From Bacteroidota bacterium (lineage in GTDB: Bacteria; Bacteroidota; Bacteroidia; JAIBAJ01): 64,000 nucleotides of DNA. The number at the start of each line of letters is the position of its first letter. Positions within the stretch are counted from its first letter, which is position 1. Positions 48,444 through 58,571 of this stretch are shown here, one piece after another. Made by a program: the position numbers and the translations under genes. The stretch is taken from contig CANJNG010000003.1 in assembly GCA_947475205.1 (NCBI GenBank), positions 5,726-69,725 on the forward strand, read 5' to 3'. The notes beneath the pieces are model-generated. The model saw nothing but the letters and a program-made list of their open reading frames with translations, was not told the DNA's origin and did not search any database.

Positions 48444-48629
48444 TTAGTGATGTTCAGCAGGTGCAGCGGCAGTTGCAGAATCAGCAGTTGCAACAGCAGC
48501 AGTGTCAGCAGTTGCTTCAGCAGCTACAGCCGTTGAATCAGCAGCAGCAGCTTCTTCTTTGTGTTCTCCACCGCAAGATACTAAAGCGAATGTGCCTACT
48601 ACAGCAACAAGAGTAAAAAGTTTTTTCAT
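48444..48629 (-). CDS. Small Ala-rich lipoprotein
   Basis: 'MKKLFTLVAVVGTFALVSC' lipobox followed by a low-complexity A/D/T tail. Confidence 0.85.
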   Translation of the reverse strand: MKKLFTLVAVVGTFALVSCGGEHKEEAAAADSTAVAAEATADTAAVATADSATAAAPAEHH

Positions 48630-48820
48630 TGTTAAATTTCCTTTTTAGGGGGTTAATAGTTTTTGATAATTTGAGGGCAAAATTAACAATAAATTAACAA
48701 CTCCACAGAAACGTGTGAAAAAATGTTTGAAACTATCAACATCGTTTTGTTGGTAAGGCAGGACAAGGCAAATGTCGCTAATTCTTTCCGGGTTAATTCA
48801 ATTTGCTGTTGAGCCAAGAA

Positions 48821-50461
48821 TCACTCGTACGCTACAAAACCATTCTTTTCCCACAGCACATTAAGCTTAGGTTTTTCAGCAAGAATATCCGCTTTTGAGT
48901 TGCATTTAGAAATGTAAACAGTGTCTAAGCCTATCCCTTCCTGTTTCTGAGCATAGAAAAACTGAGCGTAAGATTTATAGCCCATTGTAATGATTTCGGT
49001 ACGCTTATTTTGCTTGGAAATGAAGTAGTCAATTGCTGCTCCCTGAGTTATCCGCTCAATTTTTGGAACAATAAGCGGCAAGGCCGTAAGCAGCATAATT
49101 AGGTTTGCGACAAACAAAAAAGCATATCCTCCATTTGGATTTTGCTTTTTCAAAAAGTAAACAAAACCAATTGCCCCAACCAATAAAGCGAAGCCCGGCA
49201 AAGCACCGCACAGTGTCCAGTTTACCTCTGCTTTCAGGTTTTCCATGGCAAAGGCATCTTTGACAATTCCCAGTTCAGCAATGTGGCTGTAATTATTTGA
49301 AATATACATCCCGGCGAAAGGCAAAGCGAAAACGGCCAATCCGGTTATCAAACCTAAAACAAGGGTGAGATAGTTAGTGAAGGTAGATTTGGACTTTTCT
49401 GAATTCAGCCATTCAGCAGCAAAAAAGGTAATGGGAAAGTAACAAAGTGATGAATAATGCACAATTTTAGTGGTTACAGCCGAAAACAGCAGTAATACAA
49501 AGCCAAAGAAAATGAGCATTAACAGGGAAAACTCCGAGCCTTGGCTTCTTTCTTTTTGGAAGAATTGCGTTTTTATAACCCTAATCATCCCAGCCAGTGC
49601 CGGAATTGAAATAGGGAAACAGCCAAAAAACAACACCACAGGATGATAGAACCAAGGTTGCCCATGTCCGGCTTCGCCTTGGGTAAGTAAGCGAATTTGA
49701 TACTCGATGAATTGCGAAATAACGCTTTGATAACCGGCAAACCACAGCCAAATAAACCAGCTCAAACCGGCGAGTAAGGCTACAAAAGCCCAAAGCAATA
49801 AATATAGCCAGCGATTCAAAATGGCTTTAAGATTGAAGCAGGCAAACAAAAATGACACTCCGCCAATAACCAGCAATGCCACCGGGCCTTTGGTCAAAAC
49901 GGCTAATCCGGCAGCAATGGCCGATACAAAGAGGATTATCGGTTTTCCTTTCCGAATAAAAAACTCATAAAGCCCAATCAACGAAATGGCGATAAATAGA
50001 TTGAACCAAGGGTCTATTATTCCGCTATGGAAATAAAAGTGGGGCAAAAGCGAACAGCCGAAACAGGCCGCCCAGAGTAAGCCAATATTCCGATTTCGTA
50101 TTCTTTCACCAATCAGGAAAAGTAAGGATAGTGTGACTGCTCCGCAAATTGCATTGGGTAGTCGTGCCGAAAATTCACTCACACCAAATAGCTTCATACT
50201 CACTACCTGCATCCAAATAAAAAGTGGAGGTTTTTCCCAAAAAGGCTGAAAATCTATTTGAACGGACAGGTAATTTCCGCTTACAAGCATCTCTCTTGCA
50301 CATTCGGCAAAGTTTATTTCGTCCCAGTCAAACAAGTGCGTTCGTCCTAAAAAAGGAAGAAACAAGCATAACGAAACCGTAAAAATTGAAACAGAGAGCT
50401 TGATCGAAGAAAGACTATTTAATGTCTTTGAAAGAGCAGCTATTGAAAATCGGGAATTCAA
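48821..50461 (-). CDS. ArnT/GT39-like (GT-C) membrane glycosyltransferase
   Basis: 'DWDEINFAECAREM', 'EKPPLFIW', 'EFSARLP', 'LAVLTKGPVA', about 12 TM segments. Confidence 0.88.
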   Translation of the reverse strand: MNSRFSIAALSKTLNSLSSIKLSVSIFTVSLCLFLPFLGRTHLFDWDEINFAECAREMLVSGNYLSVQIDFQPFWEKPPLFIWMQVVSMKLFGVSEFSARLPNAICGAVTLSLLFLIGERIRNRNIGLLWAACFGCSLLPHFYFHSGIIDPWFNLFIAISLIGLYEFFIRKGKPIILFVSAIAAGLAVLTKGPVALLVIGGVSFLFACFNLKAILNRWLYLLLWAFVALLAGLSWFIWLWFAGYQSVISQFIEYQIRLLTQGEAGHGQPWFYHPVVLFFGCFPISIPALAGMIRVIKTQFFQKERSQGSEFSLLMLIFFGFVLLLFSAVTTKIVHYSSLCYFPITFFAAEWLNSEKSKSTFTNYLTLVLGLITGLAVFALPFAGMYISNNYSHIAELGIVKDAFAMENLKAEVNWTLCGALPGFALLVGAIGFVYFLKKQNPNGGYAFLFVANLIMLLTALPLIVPKIERITQGAAIDYFISKQNKRTEIITMGYKSYAQFFYAQKQEGIGLDTVYISKCNSKADILAEKPKLNVLWEKNGFVAYE

Positions 50462-50472
50462 ACAGAAACCAT

Positions 50473-51687
50473 TTAAACACCCATAACTTCATTCACACTA
50501 TCCCTCACAGCGGCAATAACCGTTTTTACTTGTTCATCGGTGAGGGTGAAATACACAGGTAATGAAATTTCTCGTTTGTAATTATCATAAGCCACAGGAT
50601 AGTCGCTCATGTTGAACATTCCGCTATATGCCGAAAGAAGGGGCAAAGGCTTGAAATGCACATTCACCGATACATCTTTATCAAATATTTTTTGAATAAT
50701 GGCATTACGTTGTTCGAGGCTTGCACCCTTTATCCGCAACATATACAAGTGATAGGAGGAAACTTTGTCGGAGGTTTCAAATACAGGAAGTTCAGCCCAA
50801 GTTTCGTTCTTAAAACCTTCCGAATACATTTCCATGATGCGTTTGCGGCGAACCAAATCCTCTGAATCGTAATTAGTAAGCGATGCCAAACCAATGGCGG
50901 CCAATACATCGGGCATATTCCATTTGTAACCGGGTTCTACAATGTCGTATTCCCAATTACCTTTTTGCGTCTTGGCTAATGCGTCTTTGTTTTGGCCGTG
51001 CAGAGCCTTTGTATTCAGCTTGGCATACACTTCTTCCACATCAAAACTAGCTGGAAGGTTCAAGCAAACCGCTCCACCCTCAGCAGTAGTAAGGTTTTTT
51101 ACGGCATGGAACGAAAACACCGAAGCATCGGCATACACAGCGGCTTTCTTGCCTTTATAGTTTGCCCCAAACGAGTGTGCAGCATCGGCCAACACAAATA
51201 TGCGACCAATTTTTGCTTGGTTTTCCGAATTGGGTTTGAAACGATTTTTGATTTCCGCTTCATTCACTAAAGCTAATATTTCAGAGTAGTCCACCGGCAA
51301 TCCGGCAATGTCCACCGGCATAATTACTTTTGTGTTTGGTGAAATAGCCTTGCGTATTTCATCAACGGAAATATTGAAATCGTCAGGGTTTACATCCACC
51401 AATATCGGGGATGCTCCACAGTGCATAACCACATTGGCCGTAGCCGAATAGGTGTAGGCTGGCAAAATAACCTCATCGCCGGGGCCAACACCCAACCAGC
51501 GAAGAATAAGCTCCAAACCCGCCGTAGCAGAATTTAAGCAAAGCACTTTCGCTACGCCATTGTATTTGGCTACCTCAACTTCTAGTTTTTTGGTTTTAGG
51601 CCCAGTGGTAATCCAGCCCGACTTGAGAGATTCTACTACGCTGTCAATGGCTTCTTGGGTGATGTGGGGCGGGGAGAAGGGGATCAT
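50473..51687 (-). CDS. DegT/DnrJ/EryC1/StrS sugar aminotransferase
   Basis: 'SGWITTGPK', 'ADAAHSFG', PLP-Lys motif 'FSFHAVKNLTTAEGG'. Confidence 0.93.
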   Translation of the reverse strand: MIPFSPPHITQEAIDSVVESLKSGWITTGPKTKKLEVEVAKYNGVAKVLCLNSATAGLELILRWLGVGPGDEVILPAYTYSATANVVMHCGASPILVDVNPDDFNISVDEIRKAISPNTKVIMPVDIAGLPVDYSEILALVNEAEIKNRFKPNSENQAKIGRIFVLADAAHSFGANYKGKKAAVYADASVFSFHAVKNLTTAEGGAVCLNLPASFDVEEVYAKLNTKALHGQNKDALAKTQKGNWEYDIVEPGYKWNMPDVLAAIGLASLTNYDSEDLVRRKRIMEMYSEGFKNETWAELPVFETSDKVSSYHLYMLRIKGASLEQRNAIIQKIFDKDVSVNVHFKPLPLLSAYSGMFNMSDYPVAYDNYKREISLPVYFTLTDEQVKTVIAAVRDSVNEVMGV

Positions 51688-52025
51688 GGTTTTGGCTTTA
51701 AATGGTTAATCAATCTATTTATCAATAAGGAGTAGGTTTCTGGGCTAACGTTTCCCAATACTCCTATTATTCGTTCTTTTGAAATGGTGGAAAGAAATCC
51801 CAGGCGAATTAAACCTGAATAATCGAGACCACTGGTTTCAAAATCGTTTGAACCCTTTAATAACAAGATGTCAAAACCTTGAATTTCTAAATTTAGGCTA
51901 CCACTAATACCACAGATTAACCAATCGTTGTAAAGGGGCATTGCCCTAAGTAAAATAGCTGGCCTGCGTTTAATACTTCCATCGGACTGCATAAAATCAG
52001 CAGCAACAATATCCCCTGCAATCAT
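51684..52025 (-). CDS. PemK/MazF family type II toxin
   Basis: 'GDIV..DF.QSDGSIKRRPAILL' and 'SGL..SGLIRLGFL' MazF pattern. Confidence 0.8.
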   Translation of the reverse strand: MIAGDIVAADFMQSDGSIKRRPAILLRAMPLYNDWLICGISGSLNLEIQGFDILLLKGSNDFETSGLDYSGLIRLGFLSTISKERIIGVLGNVSPETYSLLINRLINHLKPKP

Positions 52026-52453
52026 AATTTCTTGTAGTCCAGATTTAATTCCCTGAATTGAAGATGAGATATATCTGGTTCGTTTTCAGTATAGGCATTA
52101 TTCAAATTGATATTGGCAAATCTGTACCATTCCTCATTTTCAAGATTTGCAGTATTTTGAACTTCGCATTTAATGCCATATTCAACTTCAATCTGTTTTT
52201 GAAGTTCCTCAAGTGATAATGTTTTAAAACTTTCTTCAATCTTACTCAGAATAGATTTGCTCCTTGCTTGCGAACCCATATAGCGAGCAACACCCATCAA
52301 TACTCCAACTACTACCATTGTGGAAATGCGTTCCTTCCTGTCTGCCGATACTATTTTAATGAGGTCGCCAAATTGGGGTTTCGCCTTTTCAATCTGTGCT
52401 TGCAACCCTTTTGGCTGTGGATTTTGTTCAATTTCAAGTTCTATCGTCTTCAT
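52022..52453 (-). CDS. Probable antitoxin partner of the PemK/MazF toxin
   Basis: Overlaps the toxin by 4 nt; acidic C-terminus 'EEWYRF...AYTENEPD'; -7 box TAATTTTG just upstream. Confidence 0.6.
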   Translation of the reverse strand: MKTIELEIEQNPQPKGLQAQIEKAKPQFGDLIKIVSADRKERISTMVVVGVLMGVARYMGSQARSKSILSKIEESFKTLSLEELQKQIEVEYGIKCEVQNTANLENEEWYRFANINLNNAYTENEPDISHLQFRELNLDYKKL

Positions 52454-52636
52454 GGTGCAAAATTAGGCAATAAATTACCAAAAAGAAACCGATACAATAT
52501 TACTGCCCTTCCTATTTCATTTTTTCTCTGTTCCCCGCCGATTGACAGCCTTTGTTGAAATCTTTTGGAAACCCAAAAGTTGAAATGTTCACCCCTCAAC
52601 TACTTTCGCTTCCATATCCGAAAACGCAGATTTACA

Positions 52637-53590
52637 ATGAATATTACGAAATACTCCGAAGATAAAGACACCCGAGGCGGCTTTGGTGAAGGGCTTTTAG
52701 AGCTTGGCAGAAAGAACCCTAACGTGGTGGCATTATGTGCCGACCTAACTGGGTCGTTGAAGATGGATGCTTTCGAAAAAGAGTTTCCTGAACGTTTTTT
52801 TCAGATTGGAATTGCCGAAGCCAATATGATGGGCATAGCTGCCGGACTTACCATTGGCGGGAAAATTCCGTTTACCGGAACATTTGCTAACTTTAGCACA
52901 GGCAGGGTGTATGATCAAATACGCCAATCTATTGCTTATTCCGGAAAAAATGTAAAGATATGTGCATCGCACGCTGGGGTTACTTTGGGTGAAGATGGAG
53001 CAACACACCAAATATTGGAAGATTTGGGTTTAATGAAAATGCTTCCGGGGATGACGGTTATAAACCCATGCGACCATAATCAAACCAAGGCTGCCACATT
53101 GGCTATTGCCGAACACGAAGGCCCGGTTTATCTCCGTTTTGGCCGCCCTAAAGTGCCAAACATTACGCCACCCGACCAAAAGTTTGTGATTGGGAAAGCG
53201 GTGGTTTTAAAAGAAGGAAAGGATGTTTCGATATTCTGCACCGGCCATTTGGTTATAAAAGCCTTGCTGGCCGAAGAGCTTTTAGCGGCAAAGGGAATTA
53301 ACGCTGAAATAATCAATATTCACACCATTAAACCGCTGGATGAAGAGGCCATACTGAAAAGTGTTGCTAAAACAGGCTGTGCGGTTAGCTGCGAAGAGCA
53401 TCAAATTGCCGGAGGATTAGGCGATAGCATTGCTCAGGTTTTAGCAAAGAAACTTCCAAAACCTCTCGAATATGTTGGGGTAAACGATAGCTTTGGCGAA
53501 AGCGGAACTCCAGACCAGCTAATGACAAAATATGGAATGGATGTGGACGATGTGGTGGCCGCTGTGTTAAGAGCGGTAGGCAGAAAGTAG
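52637..53590 (+). CDS. Transketolase C-terminal subunit (pyrimidine-binding + C-terminal domains)
   Basis: 'GIAEANMM', 'GEDGATHQ', 'GPVYLRFGR', 'CEEHQIAGGLG'. Start at ATG 52637, downstream of a TACTTTCG box (ORF track starts at 52565). Confidence 0.92.
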   Translation: MNITKYSEDKDTRGGFGEGLLELGRKNPNVVALCADLTGSLKMDAFEKEFPERFFQIGIAEANMMGIAAGLTIGGKIPFTGTFANFSTGRVYDQIRQSIAYSGKNVKICASHAGVTLGEDGATHQILEDLGLMKMLPGMTVINPCDHNQTKAATLAIAEHEGPVYLRFGRPKVPNITPPDQKFVIGKAVVLKEGKDVSIFCTGHLVIKALLAEELLAAKGINAEIINIHTIKPLDEEAILKSVAKTGCAVSCEEHQIAGGLGDSIAQVLAKKLPKPLEYVGVNDSFGESGTPDQLMTKYGMDVDDVVAAVLRAVGRK

Positions 53591-53596
53591 TGCCTC

Positions 53597-53875
53597 TTAA
53601 TCCCAGGTTTTAATTTTGGGACTGCTTAGCTCCACTTTATAAATATAGGTTCCGTCGTCGGCAGAAAAGCCATAATAAACATGGGTATTGGTGATTCCCA
53701 ACCCAAAACCGCCACCACTCTGCATATTGGCAGGGATTTTTGATTCTAAAAACTGGCCGGGTGTTTCTGCTGTGGCTTTGGTTACTGTCCAAATGAGGAG
53801 GCTGCCGCTGCAAAGCACTACACTAAGTCCTAAGCATATTGCTAAAAAGCGTTTTGAGAAATTATCTGTAAACAT
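53597..53875 (-). CDS. Small single-TM hypothetical protein
   Basis: ATG 53875 'MFTDNFSKRFLAICLGLSVVLCSGSLLIW'; ORF track extends to 53935. Confidence 0.55.
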   Translation of the reverse strand: MFTDNFSKRFLAICLGLSVVLCSGSLLIWTVTKATAETPGQFLESKIPANMQSGGGFGLGITNTHVYYGFSADDGTYIYKVELSSPKIKTWD

Positions 53876-54168
53876 AGTTTTAATATTTGGCTGAAAAGTA
53901 GAGAATATTTGCGTTTCTATTTTCAGCACAAGCAATAATATAGATACTTTATCTGTATTAACCTGAATTTGTGTAAGAAAATAAGGCTTTTGGGTTAAAT
54001 AGTCCGAAGGGCTGCCTAACCTGAATTTTCACCATCCCTTTATCCTTAATGTCGTATTTTTGTACCGTTCACTATGTGTTTGTCGGCTTTTGGCTTTTAT
54101 CCTCTAAAAAACAGGTTGAAGAATAGCCAAATTCATATCATCTGCATACCAATAATCTCTCCTAATTT

Positions 54169-55479
54169 ATGCGAACCAAATCGCTCAAGAAAAATAAAAT
54201 AAACGTTGTAACACTGGGTTGCAGCAAAAACCTGTTCGATAGCGAAGTGCTGATGGGACAGCTCAAAGCCAACGGTATGGATGCCACCCACGAAAGCAAA
54301 AAAGACGATGCCAATATTGTTGTTATAAACACCTGCGGTTTCATTGATAATGCCAAGCAGGAAAGTATTGACACCATTTTACGATATGCCGAAGCCAAAG
54401 AATCGGGATTGATAGATAGGCTTTATGTTACCGGATGTTTGTCGGAACGCTACAAACCCGATTTGGAAAAGGAAATCCCAGAAGTGGATAGCTATTTCGG
54501 AACCCGTGATTTGCCTCGCTTACTCAAAACTTTGGGAGCAGACTACAAACACGAACTTATTGGTGAGCGTATTTTAACCACTCCGAATCATTATGCTTAT
54601 TTCAAAATATCGGAAGGCTGCGACCGCCCATGCTCATTTTGTGCTATTCCATTGATGCGGGGAAAGCATATCAGTACGCCGATTGAAACTTTGGTAAGCA
54701 ATGCTAAAAGTCTTGTGGCCAAAGGGGTGAAAGAGCTGATTCTTATTGCTCAGGATTCCACCTATTATGGTTTAGATATTTACGGGAAACGCTCGCTTCA
54801 TGAACTATTAGCCCAGCTTTCGGATGTGGAAGGGCTGGATTGGATTCGTCTTCACTATGCTTTTCCATCAGGGTTTCCGTTGGAGATTTTGGATGTAATG
54901 CGGCAGAAATCAAATATCTGCAACTACCTCGATATGCCCTTGCAACACATCAGCGATTCGATGCTGAAAAGTATGAAACGTGGCACCACCAAACAAAAAA
55001 CCTTGAAGTTGGTAGATACCATTCGGGAAAGAGTGCCCGGCATTACGCTTCGCACCACCTTAATTACAGGTTATCCGGGTGAAACCGAACACGACCATCA
55101 GGAAATGCTTGAATGGGTTGAACAAGCAAAGTTTGATCGGCTAGGAGCGTTCACATATTCCCACGAGGAAAATACATCTGCTTATAAATTAGACGACAAT
55201 GTACCCGATGAAGTGAAAAAAGAAAGAGCCGAGGCCGTGATGGAAATTCAACAAGGCGTTTCGGAAGAGCTGAACAGCCGAAAAATTGGTCAAACGCTAA
55301 AAGTGTTGATTGACCGCAAAGAAGGCAACAGTTTCATTGGTCGCACCGAAGCCGATTCGCCAGAAGTGGACAACGAAGTAATTGTTTCTGCCGAAAAACA
55401 CTATCTGCGGATAGGCGATTTTGCCAATATTGAAATCACAAGTGCCGATATGTTTGATTTAATGGGAGAGGTGGTTTAG
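54169..55479 (+). CDS. rimO: Ribosomal protein S12 methylthiotransferase
   Basis: 'TLGCSKNLFDSE', 'NTCGFI', radical-SAM 'CDRPCSFC', C-terminal TRAM 'DSPEVD'. Confidence 0.95.
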   Translation: MRTKSLKKNKINVVTLGCSKNLFDSEVLMGQLKANGMDATHESKKDDANIVVINTCGFIDNAKQESIDTILRYAEAKESGLIDRLYVTGCLSERYKPDLEKEIPEVDSYFGTRDLPRLLKTLGADYKHELIGERILTTPNHYAYFKISEGCDRPCSFCAIPLMRGKHISTPIETLVSNAKSLVAKGVKELILIAQDSTYYGLDIYGKRSLHELLAQLSDVEGLDWIRLHYAFPSGFPLEILDVMRQKSNICNYLDMPLQHISDSMLKSMKRGTTKQKTLKLVDTIRERVPGITLRTTLITGYPGETEHDHQEMLEWVEQAKFDRLGAFTYSHEENTSAYKLDDNVPDEVKKERAEAVMEIQQGVSEELNSRKIGQTLKVLIDRKEGNSFIGRTEADSPEVDNEVIVSAEKHYLRIGDFANIEITSADMFDLMGEVV

Positions 55480-55748
55480 ACAACTAAAATCACTAGTGTG
55501 TACTTAAAAAAGATAGATACTTTATAGGGATTTTGTCAAGCTGATAAATTCCGGTTTCGAGCAAAAATTTTAAAACCATACTGAAGGTTTTGAATTTACA
55601 ATTGGTAATCATTACCTTTGGTGTTTCCCAAGCTAAGTTTGAATACATCAAATTAGGAATTTTGAAACAGGACAATAAACAGCCGTATAGAAAACCGAGT
55701 ACTATAAACCTTTTCCAAAAAATGGTTTCTAAGGGTCAGCATATCTGA

Positions 55749-58565
55749 ATGAAAAAAGCAAAAACGCATATTGTCCTTCTTGGTTTTTGTTTGCTGTGGC
55801 AAAGTGTTTTTTCTCAACAGTCGCAGCAAGATTGCTACAGAGCACTAAGTATTTGCGACCCCACATATAGTACCAATGTGGTGTATCCGGGAGTGGGTTT
55901 GGTGGCCGATGTGCCGCTAAACGCTACTTGTATTCCTACCGGCGAACAAAATTCGTCATGGTTTCAGTTCAATGTTATTTCGTCGGGTTCGTTCACTTTT
56001 CAGTTGGTGCCCAATAATGCTAACGATGATTATGATTACATTCTCTATAACTTAACGAATGATAGCTGTCCCTCCATTGAATCAAATGCATTAGCCCCGG
56101 CCCGCTGTAATTTTTCTTCTACGCCGGGCAGCACGGGTCTGCAGACCGGGGCATCGGGTACAAATACTCCGGCATCTGGTTCGCCGCAATGCCAACCCAT
56201 CAGCGCTTCCACCGGCGAGGTGTATGTGCTTTTGATAAATAACTACACCGCGTCGCAAAATGGATATGTGTTGCAAATCGGTGGCACGGCTTCCGTGGTT
56301 GATAATATTACCCCAACTTTAGATACTGTTACTTACGGCACAGCCTGCAACCCTAAAGTCTTGCGATTGGTGTTTTCTGAACCAATTTTATGTAACACAA
56401 TTTCAGACGAAATAACCATTACAGGACCTTCGGCAATTACCATCAACACTACTACCGGAGTTGGCTGCAACACTCAAGGGGAAACAGATAAAATTTCCAT
56501 CGTTTTGTCCGGAAACATTTTGGTTGCCGGAACATATACAATCACCATTGGAACGGGTACGGACGGGAACACCTTTGGTGATGTCTGCCAAAATTATGTT
56601 ACTGCAGGAAGCAGTATTACTTTCACTATCACCAACATCGGCCCAACGGTTACATTGAATAGTTATACCAATACAGCTTGTGGGGGAGCAACAGGAACAA
56701 TAAATGTGAACGTAACGGGAGGCACTCAGCCATATTCCTATTCTTGGAACACCTCGCCGCCGCAGACCACCCAGGATCTTGCAAACCTGCCCAGTGGAAA
56801 TTATACTCTTGTTGTTACTGATGCCAATGGCTGCACCACGCCTTTGGGTCGCAGTATAAGTCAAGCAAATGCCCCCACCGTTACAATTTCTACAAATACA
56901 CCCGTTTCGTGTTATGGAGATAACAATGGTACGGCAGTGGTGAGTGCCGATAACGGTACACCACCTTACACCTTTTCGTGGAACACCACCCCTCCGCAAG
57001 CATCAAACGCTGCTCATAACCTAAGCCCAGGAGTGCATATTGTAACTGTAACCGATGCTGCGGGCTGTTCTCGCCAATTAAGTGTTACTACCGCCCAGCC
57101 GCCTTCATTGCTTGTGGATATGGAATATACCAACACCAATTGCGGAGCATCTACCGGCACAGCAACCGCAAGTGCATCGGGAGGCAATAGCCCTTACACC
57201 TATCTCTGGAATACCACCCCGGCTCAAAGCACTCAGGGAATTACTCAATTGGGTGCAGGCGTGTATACAGTAACAGTTAAAGATGCCCGAAATTGTCAGG
57301 TTCAGCAAATAGTGGCTATTCAAAGTGCTGCAAATCTTGGAGCTGCTATTATTAATGCACAAGGGACCTGCGATGAAGTAAGCGGACAGGCCACAGCCAC
57401 AACTAATAACTCTAATCCACCTTATAGCTTTCAATGGAATACTACCCCGGTGCAAACCACTCCGACGGCTTTCAACCTGCCCGAAGGAAGCACTTATGTT
57501 GTGGTTACCGATGGCAGCGGATGCAGTCAGGTTTTAAACGTAAAAATTGATACACTATATGATGTGGTAGCCAAAGTGGTTTCGGTTACAGAAAGTTCAT
57601 GCGGGGGCAGCGATGGACAAATAGCGATGGACGGAATTGGCGGTCCGGCTCCCTTTACCTATAAATGGCTTACCAATCCGGTGCAAACCACAGCTACTGC
57701 CACCGGACTAACTCACGGTATTTATACTGTAGTAATTACCGATGCTAATGGCTGCGACGATACCACTTCGGCAGAGGTGAAAGAGTTCATTGGCCAGGCC
57801 GATTTTAGTTGGAATGAAGGCTGTTTTGGTTTGCCCACCACTTTTTTAGGAATAGCCAACTCCGAAGTAGATACTTTTTCTTGGAATTTTGGAAATCCGG
57901 TTGGCGGACTTACCAATTTCGACACAGGAAGTACAGTAACCTATACCTACCCCGAAATAACGTCCTACACCATAACCTTGATTGCGAAAGGAAGATGCGT
58001 TAAAGATACTGTTTCGAAAGTTTTTACCATAAACAATGTCCCTAAACCCCAGTTTCAGGCAGGACACGATACCCTCTTCAGTGTTTCTACTATTCCATTC
58101 TTTTACACAGGCACACCGGTTAGCGAATATTACTGGGATTTCGGAAACGGACTATTATCTAATGCCGAAAACCCTACCAGTTATTATCATGATAGCGGAA
58201 CGTATTTCGTTACCTTAATTGTGATAGATAGCAATACCTGCACAGATACCGTTTCGGGATATATTTATGTGTTTAAAGAACCCCGCATTTACCTTCCCAA
58301 CGCCTTCACACCCGAATCAGGCAATCAAAACGACCAATATTTGGTGTTTGGAAACGGCATCGAAAGCCTTAGATTTACCATCTTTAACCGTTGGGGACAA
58401 AACGTTTATGAAACCAACAGCGTGCATGAGGCTACCACAATAGGGTGGGACGGTACTCAGTTTGGAAAACCCTTACAGCAGGGTGTTTATGGGTATAAAC
58501 TTAATGCTAAGTTTATCAATAGCCGCGACTATTCCAGAACCGGAACCATTACCTTGATAAGGTAG
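55749..58565 (+). CDS. Gliding-motility-associated (T9SS type B CTD) adhesin with SprB-like repeats and PKD domains
   Basis: Repeats 'GGTQPYSYSW...L..G.YT..VTDANGC', PKD 'YYWDFGNG', CTD 'PNAFTP...IFNRWG...WDG...GVY.Y'. Confidence 0.92.
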   Translation: MKKAKTHIVLLGFCLLWQSVFSQQSQQDCYRALSICDPTYSTNVVYPGVGLVADVPLNATCIPTGEQNSSWFQFNVISSGSFTFQLVPNNANDDYDYILYNLTNDSCPSIESNALAPARCNFSSTPGSTGLQTGASGTNTPASGSPQCQPISASTGEVYVLLINNYTASQNGYVLQIGGTASVVDNITPTLDTVTYGTACNPKVLRLVFSEPILCNTISDEITITGPSAITINTTTGVGCNTQGETDKISIVLSGNILVAGTYTITIGTGTDGNTFGDVCQNYVTAGSSITFTITNIGPTVTLNSYTNTACGGATGTINVNVTGGTQPYSYSWNTSPPQTTQDLANLPSGNYTLVVTDANGCTTPLGRSISQANAPTVTISTNTPVSCYGDNNGTAVVSADNGTPPYTFSWNTTPPQASNAAHNLSPGVHIVTVTDAAGCSRQLSVTTAQPPSLLVDMEYTNTNCGASTGTATASASGGNSPYTYLWNTTPAQSTQGITQLGAGVYTVTVKDARNCQVQQIVAIQSAANLGAAIINAQGTCDEVSGQATATTNNSNPPYSFQWNTTPVQTTPTAFNLPEGSTYVVVTDGSGCSQVLNVKIDTLYDVVAKVVSVTESSCGGSDGQIAMDGIGGPAPFTYKWLTNPVQTTATATGLTHGIYTVVITDANGCDDTTSAEVKEFIGQADFSWNEGCFGLPTTFLGIANSEVDTFSWNFGNPVGGLTNFDTGSTVTYTYPEITSYTITLIAKGRCVKDTVSKVFTINNVPKPQFQAGHDTLFSVSTIPFFYTGTPVSEYYWDFGNGLLSNAENPTSYYHDSGTYFVTLIVIDSNTCTDTVSGYIYVFKEPRIYLPNAFTPESGNQNDQYLVFGNGIESLRFTIFNRWGQNVYETNSVHEATTIGWDGTQFGKPLQQGVYGYKLNAKFINSRDYSRTGTITLIR

Positions 58566-58571
58566 GCGATA

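Noticed and set aside
55493-55675. 60-aa ORF between rimO and the adhesin
   Set aside because: Minimal length, no motif, AT-rich intergenic; not supported.
3570-58218. Numerous short ORFs nested in or antisense to long genes (e.g. 12287-12751, 16703-17209, 56403-56999)
   Set aside because: They are fully overlapped by well-supported genes, lack motifs, and are expected from codon bias.
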